The notes below the pieces were generated by a model. That model searched no databases. It saw nothing but the letters and a program-made list of their open reading frames with translations, and was not told the DNA's origin. Both the position numbers and the translations under genes were made by a program. This document shows positions 53,065 through 60,939 of a DNA stretch of 64,000 bases, piece after piece. The DNA is from Chlamydiales bacterium (GTDB taxonomy: Bacteria > Chlamydiota > Chlamydiia > Chlamydiales > JAJFMA01): assembly GCA_030679955.1 (NCBI GenBank), contig JAUXSF010000026.1:112981-176980 (forward strand). The letters run 5' to 3'. The first letter of the stretch is position 1. Each line of letters opens with the position of its first letter.

Positions 53065-53967
53065 ATGCTGGAGATTAGACGACTAGATCTGAAAACGCTG
53101 CCTGAGACAGAACAGACCGCTTTTGCCTATATGTCCGGCAGTTACACACAATACACAGAAGTCATACCCCACGTTACTATTGGTGCGTATTGGGATGATA
53201 AGCCTGCAGGTATCCTTGCAGCTAGCTATATACCTATAGCCAAAAAGGGAGAGGTTGAGCTGCTCTTTGTGCTAGAGCCATACCGCAGACGAGGGATAGC
53301 CTTAAGGATGCTTTTAGCCTTAGAAGAGATCCTTCGCGACGAATTAGACTGTTCCGTTTTAGTATTATCCTATTCCGGTGACAACCCCGACAAAATACCC
53401 CTAGAACATGTACTGCGACTACATAACTGGCGTCAACCCACGCTTCTACTGCGACGCTATTACTATAATGTGCAAGACTTCCATGCATCCTGGTTTGAAA
53501 AGCCGCGACTACTTCCCCCTGATGTTTCACTACATTCCTGGAGCGAACTGAAGGATGTAGAAAAGCACAGGCTGGAGGTTCAGGCAGCCCAAGGTGCCTA
53601 TCCTTATGCTGTGTATCCTTATGGTAAAGGTGGGCTTCCCGAACCTATCAACAGTGTGTTCTTAAGGCACCAAGGTAACGTGATAGGATGGCTTGCAACA
53701 CATAGGCAAGATGCTGAAACAATTGTTTACTCTGGTCTATATGTACATCTAGACTACCGTAGTAAGGGTTATAGCATGCTCCTGATGGCCGAAGGAATCA
53801 AGCGGCAAAAGGACTCACCAGTGCCTACAGCTATGTTTGAACTGAATGCCACGCAAGTTAGCGAAATATGGCGTCGCTTTGTTGCTGGTAGCTTAGCTCC
53901 CTTCGCTTTCAAGCAAACAGAAGTTTTCACGACATGGAAGGAGCTACGCGAGAACCTTGGAGAGTAG
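53065..53967 (+). CDS. GNAT-family N-acetyltransferase-like protein (two GNAT-like halves)
   Basis: LFVLEPYRRRGIALRML is the acetyl-CoA-binding R/Q-x-x-G-x-A motif. The second half has LYVHLDYRSKGYSMLL. Confidence 0.5.
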   Translation: MLEIRRLDLKTLPETEQTAFAYMSGSYTQYTEVIPHVTIGAYWDDKPAGILAASYIPIAKKGEVELLFVLEPYRRRGIALRMLLALEEILRDELDCSVLVLSYSGDNPDKIPLEHVLRLHNWRQPTLLLRRYYYNVQDFHASWFEKPRLLPPDVSLHSWSELKDVEKHRLEVQAAQGAYPYAVYPYGKGGLPEPINSVFLRHQGNVIGWLATHRQDAETIVYSGLYVHLDYRSKGYSMLLMAEGIKRQKDSPVPTAMFELNATQVSEIWRRFVAGSLAPFAFKQTEVFTTWKELRENLGE

Positions 53968-54693
53968 CTCCGTCAAGAGTTTAATGCGTGATGCATCAGA
54001 CTTCTCCAATAGCTCCACCAACTCATCAGGAACCTGATTTTTCACACATTGCGGACGGTAGTCGAGGTGAACACCACTGAGAATAACCGTTCCCTTGCCT
54101 ACTTGGCATTGGATAATCGCAGCCAGGGGCTTGTCCCCTGCATCCTGGTAAGAGCCCAAGACGTTTATAGAAGGTTCAAAAAGGTGAACGTCTCGAAACG
54201 AGCAACCGCCGTTATAGTAAATATGTAAGGTTTGCCCTTGAATATTTACCAAAGCTGCTTTTCCAGATTCTTCGCTGTCGTAACGATAACGCCCTAAGCC
54301 ATATACAGGTCCCTCAGCCAGGCCTGGGAAAAATGCCAGCTCCCGAGTTCCTTTGACTTCTAGAGGATGACCATTTTCGAATAGCACTTCCCCAGCTCCA
54401 AAGTAAGCGCCAGCGCAAATACCCAAAAAGCCCCCGCCACTATTAACAAAATGGCGCAGATTGTTATTTCCAGCACCTGCAAGATCCTCATGGTAAGGAA
54501 CATCTCGTCCGCCAGGTAATACAAACAGCGCTGCATCATCAAAAACATCGCCTTGGATAACAGCTGCAGCATTCACAGAATTAACCTGATAGGTGCTGGG
54601 AAGACAAGCGCGCAAGGAAAGCAACGTTTCCTTAAAGGACAAAGGACCAACGCCCCTGTCTTTGTAGATAAGTACATATTTTTTTGATGTCAT
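53944..54693 (-). CDS. BPL_N / class-I glutamine-amidotransferase-like domain protein
   Basis: YVLIYKDRGVGP, LFVLPGGRDVPY and GGGFLGICAGAYF form a nucleophile-elbow-like pattern. I prefer ATG 54693 over the track's GTG 54741. Confidence 0.5.
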   Translation of the reverse strand: MTSKKYVLIYKDRGVGPLSFKETLLSLRACLPSTYQVNSVNAAAVIQGDVFDDAALFVLPGGRDVPYHEDLAGAGNNNLRHFVNSGGGFLGICAGAYFGAGEVLFENGHPLEVKGTRELAFFPGLAEGPVYGLGRYRYDSEESGKAALVNIQGQTLHIYYNGGCSFRDVHLFEPSINVLGSYQDAGDKPLAAIIQCQVGKGTVILSGVHLDYRPQCVKNQVPDELVELLEKSDASRIKLLTELLSKVLA

Positions 54694-54846
54694 GCTCACA
54701 AGATTAGCCGATCCCCTATTAAATGACAAAAGAGACTTCACTGGCAGGATCTAGACAGCTCTGCTAGGATTTTTAAAATATTTATTGTATTTAGATGGGC
54801 GTTTGGTAGTATGCGAGATAAGAGAGAAACCCCGGGGAGGTTCAGT

Positions 54847-55059
54847 ATGGCTCGTGGAAAATGTAACTTTCGCGCGACCTCAGAATGCGCATGTGATACG
54901 ATCACATTGTCGGCAACGGAACTGCAGCAATTGATCGGCAACCGTCAAAACAAGCGTAAGCCGGCCGAAAAGCACAAGATATCCAGCGGACCAGCCAAGC
55001 GCACACCGAAAAACCTTCTGAAAGTGCTAAAAAACGTTTTTGCTCAGCAAACTAAGTAG
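54847..55059 (+). CDS. Small basic 70-aa protein (hypothetical)
   Basis: ATG 54847 lies 6 nt after GGGGAGG. Candidate promoter: TTGTAT (54785-54790), 16 nt, TAGTAT (54807-54812) with TG upstream. The product MARGKCNFRATSECACDT...KRKPAEKHK...KRTPKNLLKVLK is Lys/Arg-rich. Confidence 0.35.
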   Translation: MARGKCNFRATSECACDTITLSATELQQLIGNRQNKRKPAEKHKISSGPAKRTPKNLLKVLKNVFAQQTK

Positions 55060-55060
55060 G

Positions 55061-55783
55061 TTAGCGCATCTCCAAAGGCTTGTAGTTACCTACACAGCCT
55101 TTGCAGCTCTCTGGATTTTTCATACAGCTCTGTTTTGAGCAGGCGTCCTCTTTTCCATTAGATGACACTGCGTTTTGCCGTCTTTCTAAGCAATAACGTC
55201 GAGTGAACTGATCAGACAGTTCCTTAACTGCTTGCCGAACGCTACATATTAGGTCACCTTGAGGAACATACCAATAGGTTTGTCTTTCCCAGGTGATGAC
55301 CTGCCAGGATTCAGGAGCTTTCAAGCGTCCCCTCTTCACACCTTCATCGCGCTCGAAGAACCGCAGGTTCATATGGACAGCGTAGCCGCCGTCTAACGGC
55401 AAGACGAAGATGAGCAAGTGCAGGAAGGGTCGATAAGGATCTTCCGGTTTCATTTCTGGGCCACGCACTCTGATACCAACACACTTCAGATCCCATTCTA
55501 GTTCAGCCTGTGCCTCTTCGGGTGGTAGCCAAAGACGCGCACCTGGATCAGCGACAATTTCTGTGACAACACGAATGCTATCTGGTAAGTCGGCGAGGTT
55601 ATCCTGTCCGTGCCATACATCTCCTTGAAGGGAGACTACTCCCGGATGACCATAAACCTGTGGTTCTACATAGGGTCTAAAGGTAACCGCTGGTGTGATG
55701 GGAACATATCCCCAGTAAGCGTAGATAGGTTCAACACATGCTAGCAGTAACGTCGAAGCGATTGCAGCGGAAACCCAGCGCAT
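55061..55783 (-). CDS. Secreted hypothetical protein with Cys-rich C-terminus
   Basis: Signal peptide MRWVSAAIASTLLLACVEPIYA. The C-terminal sequence is CSKQSCMKNPESCKGC. No recognised domain. Confidence 0.55.
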   Translation of the reverse strand: MRWVSAAIASTLLLACVEPIYAYWGYVPITPAVTFRPYVEPQVYGHPGVVSLQGDVWHGQDNLADLPDSIRVVTEIVADPGARLWLPPEEAQAELEWDLKCVGIRVRGPEMKPEDPYRPFLHLLIFVLPLDGGYAVHMNLRFFERDEGVKRGRLKAPESWQVITWERQTYWYVPQGDLICSVRQAVKELSDQFTRRYCLERRQNAVSSNGKEDACSKQSCMKNPESCKGCVGNYKPLEMR

Positions 55784-55938
55784 TTAGTGGCCCCCTTAAA
55801 TTGGAAAGCTGAAAAATACATTAACCATGGATTAGAGAACAAGGGTGAAGAAAAACATCAACTCTTTATTTGCGAAATTTTGATCTTTTTGGTTAGCTTT
55901 TGTGTGCTCAAAATATTTAATTGCCGCTTACAAGGCTA

Positions 55939-56046
55939 TTCTCGTCGCGGAGCGACGACCGTGCTTAGCCCCGCGTGACTGAGGAGCAAAGCGACGAAGG
56001 AACGTGGGGTAAACATCGCAAAAATAATTAGCCACGTTAGTGGCGA
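55939..56046 (+). repeat. Left inverted-repeat arm of the RAYT unit
   Basis: Its reverse complement matches 56516-56625, except for a 6-versus-8-nt patch (TAATTA vs TCTCATCA) and two substitutions (my alignment). Internal palindromes: TCGTCGC-GGA-GCGACGA, CCCCGCG...CGTGGGG and GCCAC-GTTA-GTGGC. Confidence 0.9.
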
Positions 56047-56057
56047 AAGGAAAGTGC

Positions 56058-56510
56058 ATGGCGCATTCATTTCGATCTCACCGCTTTCATTTGGTGTGGT
56101 CCACAAAAAACCGACAACCTTGGATAACAAGAGATGTACAAACACGTCTTTATGAGGTTATTGGGGGGATCGTGAGGAACAATAAGGGCATCCTATTAGA
56201 AGCTGGAGGTATGCCCGATCATATTCATCTTCTATTGGAATTAGGTGTTCTGGATAAGTTCACTTATTTGATACGCGATATGAAGGCTTATTCGTCTGGA
56301 TGGGTACACAAAACATTCAATCATTTGGCGGCATTTGCATGGCAAGAAGGTTATGGGTCATTTTCCGTTAGCCATTCGGTAACGCCTAAGGTAGGAGCTT
56401 ATATACAAAATCAAGAACAGCATCATAAGAATCGTACATTTGAGGAGGAGTATATAAAATTGCTACAGGTTCATGATGTTCCCTATAACCCGAAATATGT
56501 GTTTGATTAA
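56058..56510 (+). CDS. tnpA: IS200/IS605-family Y1 (HUH) transposase, REP-associated tyrosine transposase-like
   Basis: MAHSFRSHRFHLVWSTKNR..., the HUH motif PDHIHLLLE, and a catalytic-Tyr region AYIQNQEQHHKNRTFEEEY. About 150 aa. Confidence 0.85.
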   Translation: MAHSFRSHRFHLVWSTKNRQPWITRDVQTRLYEVIGGIVRNNKGILLEAGGMPDHIHLLLELGVLDKFTYLIRDMKAYSSGWVHKTFNHLAAFAWQEGYGSFSVSHSVTPKVGAYIQNQEQHHKNRTFEEEYIKLLQVHDVPYNPKYVFD

Positions 56511-56515
56511 CGCGA

Positions 56516-56625
56516 TCGCCACTAACGTGGCTCTCATCATTTTTGCGATCTTTACCCCACGTTCCTTCGTCGCTATGCTCCTCAGTCACGCGGGGCTAAG
56601 CACGGTCGTCGCTCCGCGACGAGAA
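56516..56625 (-). repeat. Right inverted-repeat arm of the RAYT unit
   Basis: See the left arm. It begins 6 nt after the tnpA stop codon. Confidence 0.9.
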
Positions 56626-56688
56626 CAGACATTATGCAGAGGGAAGATTGTTTTAATCACGGAGCTATGAGCACAAACCTCATGTTGA

Positions 56689-56709
56689 GCTCCTCTCAGT
56701 CACGTGGGG
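56689..56709. repeat. Partial third copy of the arm core
   Basis: GCTCCTCTCAGTCACGTGGGG versus GCTCCTCAGTCACGCGGGG in the right arm, immediately downstream of the stop of the 722-aa paralogue. Confidence 0.5.
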
Positions 56710-56714
56710 TATCG

Positions 56715-58883
56715 TTACGCAGCGCGACGCTGTTCAGGGAGGGGTTTGGTGCGAATATAGCGTTTGTAAAGATGGCTGATGGGCTTTAGAACAATTCTAT
56801 CGATGAATCCATAATGGTCATGGTTATGCATAAGACCGACAGCTTTCTTGAAACGTTTCTGATGCCGTCCATGTGGATCCGTGACAATGGCTTGTGCCCA
56901 TTCTTTGGGTCCCCAATCGTCTGGGAGAGATGGATATTTGGTTTTTAGGACTTCGAACATTAAATGTGCGGTTGTTTTAGACTCAAGACCAGCAGCCTCG
57001 ATGGTATCCCAGTGGCGTACTTCGTGCTCTAATCGATTCATCACTTCCTTGGTTAATGTAGCAGTACGAATACGGTTATCTCCAAGCTGCAGATGGCGTA
57101 ATTTTCGTATAAGTAAATTCCCACCTATTTGACCAACGCTAGCTGTGATTCCTAACATTGAGGATGCAACCAAAAGAGGCACGCCTGCTCCATTAATTAC
57201 CGATAAGCCAAATCCTGCTACTCCCACGCCAATAGATACTGTGAAAAGTCCGTCGCAAAGGCCTCTTAGCGTTTCCAAACCCACCTTGGTAGCTGCTTTT
57301 TGGCGAATATAGGGACCTATAGTTTTCTGAATCGTCTCTGTGGATGAGACGACAATTCTCTTTCCGGTAACACAAGACATGATGTTCTCGAGAAGCTTCT
57401 TCTCACCATCGTTGGTGGCGTGAGCAATACGTTGGATGATTGCACCATCGAGTTTAGTGCAATCAACAACTAACTGTGCCTGAAGCGATTCTCGGCGTTC
57501 TTTTAGAGCCACTACGTCTTCTTTGTCTTTTTCGCCCTCTACTAATGCCTGCTCTATACCATGCAATTCTTTATGTATAGCGTGGGCATTTTGATTAGCC
57601 TCTACCAACAAATCATGTACTTCAGGATGTTCTGCAAGGGCATCTCCTTGTAACTCTATAATATCGTCATATTCTTCATATGTTTCCTTTAAGGCTTCCA
57701 GCTGGTTGTCACGGTATCCCTTAACGAAAACGAGATCTTTCACCGATGTTGCAAGGTTATCCAGCGTACCCATAATTCCTAGCGCATTTAGTATTGTAGC
57801 GAGCGGGATAGAAACCACTGCTGTAGCAATGCCAAAAGCTTGTGAAGCAGTTACAACGTGCGAAGCCGCAGTCCCCGAGACCGCTCCGTAGCTAACAAAT
57901 AGCGGTACCAGTGTATTGAGTGCACGAGCCATGCCTGTAAATTTATAGGCAAAACTCAGATGACCTGTAATCACTTTCCTAAGTTGAGAAATCACTTGGA
58001 CGCCTTTCAAATCGTCCTGTAGAAACTCAATTGCTTCATTAATATCCTGACGTTGCTGCTTGAGGTCATGAATTTGAGGATCATCAAGTGGTAAAACAGC
58101 CAGTTTTTCTTCAATTTCATGCAGTTTATCAACACCCTTGTTGATCAAGTCCTTCGTCGCTGACACCTGATGGCTCATGTGTACCAGTTTCTTCGCTGCG
58201 CTTATATTCTTAATTCCTGAGCGAGCGAGCTTTATCCAAGCGATTGGGCCAGGGGGCAGCTTGAGTTCCTGGTTTCCTCCTGGTTCCTGTTCCATTTTAT
58301 GCTTACGCGTGGTACGGAGCTTTACGCGCTTATGTTCAGCTCGAACAACCTTCACTTTTTCTAAGCCTCTGACTGCTAGCTTTTTGATAGGATTTGTTAC
58401 GATTTCCTTCAAGGCCGAGAGTTCGCCTTTCTCAACCTTCAACTGTTTTTGGGCATGCGTAAGTTGGACATAAGCAGCCATTCGCACATCTATTGGGGCC
58501 TTTTCCTTGATCTGCCAGTTAAGCTTCCCAATCTTTACTCTGCTTTTGCCTGTGGGTTCAGCTTTGTCGATAACTTTTTTTAGCCCCTTTATTCTTGTCT
58601 GTATATCCTTCTTAGCTTGCTTGTGAACAGCTATCTGCGCTTTGGCTTCTTTCTTGGTTATGGCAGTCCATTGGTGAACAGCTTTTTGTTCTGTGCGAGA
58701 GAGTTTTATCGTGTGCATCTCCGCATCTAGAACCTTAGGCTTTGAAGAATTTTTGACGGGTGGTAGTGACTTAAGGGCCACATGATGCAATGGGTGAGGG
58801 TTGCCCTCCGCGGTTGGTGGCTTAACGGGGACGGAATTGTCCCATAGTGGAGATCTGTCAGCTCCTGTAGCTTCTACTGACAT
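56715..58883 (-). CDS. WGPKEWAQ-family paralogue 1 (722 aa): coiled coils, two hydrophobic hairpins, conserved C-terminal module
   Basis: ORF track, with a GAGAGGA RBS. Hydrophobic blocks: ALNTLVPLFVSYGAVSGTAASHVVTASQAFGIATAVVSIPLATILNALGIMGTL and GLFTVSIGVGVAGFGLSVINGAGVPLLVASSMLGITASVGQIGGNLL. C-terminus: HWDTIEAAGLESKTTAHLMFEVLKTKYPSLPDDWGPKEWAQAIVTD. Confidence 0.75.
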   Translation of the reverse strand: MSVEATGADRSPLWDNSVPVKPPTAEGNPHPLHHVALKSLPPVKNSSKPKVLDAEMHTIKLSRTEQKAVHQWTAITKKEAKAQIAVHKQAKKDIQTRIKGLKKVIDKAEPTGKSRVKIGKLNWQIKEKAPIDVRMAAYVQLTHAQKQLKVEKGELSALKEIVTNPIKKLAVRGLEKVKVVRAEHKRVKLRTTRKHKMEQEPGGNQELKLPPGPIAWIKLARSGIKNISAAKKLVHMSHQVSATKDLINKGVDKLHEIEEKLAVLPLDDPQIHDLKQQRQDINEAIEFLQDDLKGVQVISQLRKVITGHLSFAYKFTGMARALNTLVPLFVSYGAVSGTAASHVVTASQAFGIATAVVSIPLATILNALGIMGTLDNLATSVKDLVFVKGYRDNQLEALKETYEEYDDIIELQGDALAEHPEVHDLLVEANQNAHAIHKELHGIEQALVEGEKDKEDVVALKERRESLQAQLVVDCTKLDGAIIQRIAHATNDGEKKLLENIMSCVTGKRIVVSSTETIQKTIGPYIRQKAATKVGLETLRGLCDGLFTVSIGVGVAGFGLSVINGAGVPLLVASSMLGITASVGQIGGNLLIRKLRHLQLGDNRIRTATLTKEVMNRLEHEVRHWDTIEAAGLESKTTAHLMFEVLKTKYPSLPDDWGPKEWAQAIVTDPHGRHQKRFKKAVGLMHNHDHYGFIDRIVLKPISHLYKRYIRTKPLPEQRRAA

Positions 58884-58898
58884 AAGATTAGGTCCTCT

Positions 58899-60920
58899 CT
58901 AAGCCGCTTTAGCGCTCTTTGGTGGTGACGCCCAACGGGAATATAATTTTCGTGCCGGCCATAAAGCGACCCTACGCACCACGCCAAAAGTATCATGCTC
59001 ACCGATCGTCGATAGAGCTGCGCCGTATCGAGCACGTTCAGGCCCACTGGAGTCATCATTTATCAAGGACTCAGCCCATTCCTTAGGCCCCCAATGAGGT
59101 GGCAAAATCATATAGTTCTTCTTGAGAACAGAGAACATGACTGCAGCGGCTGTTTTATCCTCTAGACCTGCAGCGGTTAAGTTGTCCCAGTTTTTGACCT
59201 CTTCGCGGAGCCTTTTCAGCATTTCTGTATCCAGCTGTTTTGTTCTGATTCGTGTTCCTTGTATGTTCAGCTGCATAATACGGAGCCTCTTGACCAAGAA
59301 GCCGCAGCTTATTTGCCCATAGGTGCCTATTAGGCCTAGCGTTCCAGCAACAGGAAGCACTACAGCGCCGCCTCCCCCAAAAACCATCGATCCAAAGCCA
59401 AAGAGCGTCAAACCTGTAGCGGTAAGAGTGATGCAGTCGAAACTAGCTCGCACAGTAGTGCTAACTAGCTTTGTGGTAGCTTTTTGACTGACATAAGGGA
59501 TAATTGTTGTTTGTAGTGCTTCAGCACTACGTTCAGCCACACGACGTGTTTGAAACTGGATCAAAAGGCGTTCTAGTGGCGGCCTTTCAGCAGGGTCGAG
59601 AGATTCAATATGAGCTTGAAGCTCCATCTCACAGCTATGTTGCCAGGCTTTTATTTCACGTTCATACTCAGCATGAAGAGCTTTTAGAGTCTTTTGCGAA
59701 GCTTTATCTTTAAATTCAATTCGCGCTGTTACGGTAGCACGGAGTTTATCTTGAGCGGTGCGAATGCCGTCGTTGGCTCTGCTCAAAATATCTACAGCCG
59801 TAGGATCGGTAATATTTTGATCAAGCAAATCGTCGAGCGCTTGTAAATTAAGCTTATGGCCTTCGAGTTTTTTGTCGCTGTAACCTCGCACGAGAAAGAG
59901 GTCCCCTATACAGGTTCGGAAGTTATCGATCGTTCCAGCAATTCCTATAGTTGTAAAAATAACAGCTAACGGCACGGTCACTCCCGCTGCAGCTAGCCCA
60001 ACAACCTCTGTGACACGCAAAATCTGTGTAGATACCACAAGAGTAGGAAGTATTGAAGAGACGATGTGTGTTAAGGCGGCAACATCAAAGCTCATCGATA
60101 ACAGCCCGATTGCTGTTTGACCAGCCGTTTCTATGACTGGGGTTTTCATTAACTCTTCATGCAGTTTACCAATCACTTCTCGGGTGAATTTCTCCTCCTC
60201 AACAAGTGCGGTGTACTCAGGAGTACCGCTAATATGCTGCAGTTTTTCCTTAGCGATCTCTTCTAAGCGCTTATTGCCATCTTTTTGTAATCCTTTAAGA
60301 GTACGAGCACGGGAAACATTCTTAACTGCGGCGACGGCCGTTTCCGCGGTATTTAGCCATGCTTCCGCCATTTTGTACCATTGCCATGGAGAGGGTAACT
60401 TTGCTGCTGCTGTTGCGGGCGTGGCTCCGGGTGTTAGTGATTTTGGTAAGATTGGACGCCTACCTGTCTTGGGCTTGAGGCCTCTGTAACGCCTTCTGCC
60501 AAGCAATACACCTCCAACAACATATTGTCCGACCTTAATGACCGGGTTCTTAACGAAGTTCTGTAGTTGGCGTAATTCTTTCTGCTGGATGCGTATTTCT
60601 TTGCGCAGTTTAGTTTGTTCCACAAAGGCCACCATCCGGTGAGCGATTGGAGTACGCACTTTTGCATGCCATTTCCAATGACCTATTTCGAGATAAGTTC
60701 TATCAGATGGTTGGCTTTTACCTAGCTGTCCTTCAATGACTTTTAGGCGGACTTTAAGTTTCTTAAGCTCTGCCTTGCGCTGCTTTATCTCTTCTTTAGC
60801 CAGCTTAATTTTCTCTTTTTTCTTTAGCGGGATAATGTAGAGGCCGTCTTTGACAAGTTCGGGCTGCCTAGGCAGAGCATTTTGTTCATGGTGCGGTTGC
60901 ATTCCTGGGACTTCCATCAT
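58899..60920 (-). CDS. WGPKEWAQ-family paralogue 2 (673 aa)
   Basis: Lies 15 nt upstream of paralogue 1, with an AAGGAGA RBS. C-terminus: NWDNLTAAGLEDKTAAAVMFSVLKKNYMILPPHWGPKEWAESLIND. It has two hydrophobic blocks, as in paralogue 1. Confidence 0.75.
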   Translation of the reverse strand: MMEVPGMQPHHEQNALPRQPELVKDGLYIIPLKKKEKIKLAKEEIKQRKAELKKLKVRLKVIEGQLGKSQPSDRTYLEIGHWKWHAKVRTPIAHRMVAFVEQTKLRKEIRIQQKELRQLQNFVKNPVIKVGQYVVGGVLLGRRRYRGLKPKTGRRPILPKSLTPGATPATAAAKLPSPWQWYKMAEAWLNTAETAVAAVKNVSRARTLKGLQKDGNKRLEEIAKEKLQHISGTPEYTALVEEEKFTREVIGKLHEELMKTPVIETAGQTAIGLLSMSFDVAALTHIVSSILPTLVVSTQILRVTEVVGLAAAGVTVPLAVIFTTIGIAGTIDNFRTCIGDLFLVRGYSDKKLEGHKLNLQALDDLLDQNITDPTAVDILSRANDGIRTAQDKLRATVTARIEFKDKASQKTLKALHAEYEREIKAWQHSCEMELQAHIESLDPAERPPLERLLIQFQTRRVAERSAEALQTTIIPYVSQKATTKLVSTTVRASFDCITLTATGLTLFGFGSMVFGGGGAVVLPVAGTLGLIGTYGQISCGFLVKRLRIMQLNIQGTRIRTKQLDTEMLKRLREEVKNWDNLTAAGLEDKTAAAVMFSVLKKNYMILPPHWGPKEWAESLINDDSSGPERARYGAALSTIGEHDTFGVVRRVALWPARKLYSRWASPPKSAKAA

Positions 60921-60939
60921 ATCTCCTTTCTCGCTTGAA

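Larger units (their letters stand above)
55939..56625 (+). mobile_element. Compact Y1-transposase unit: ~108-bp inverted repeat, tnpA (IS200/RAYT-like), ~110-bp inverted repeat
   Basis: See the component features. Arm-gene-arm totals 687 bp. The arms are hairpin-rich, like REP/IS200 subterminal structures. Confidence 0.8.

Noticed and set aside
55936-56670. Two small ORFs (55936..56145 minus, 56473..56670 plus) encoding nearly the same peptide (...FTPRSFVA.LLSHAGLSTVVAPRRE).
   Set aside because: They are translations of the two inverted-repeat arms of the RAYT unit. The shared peptide is an automatic consequence of the DNA inverted repeat, not evidence for genes.
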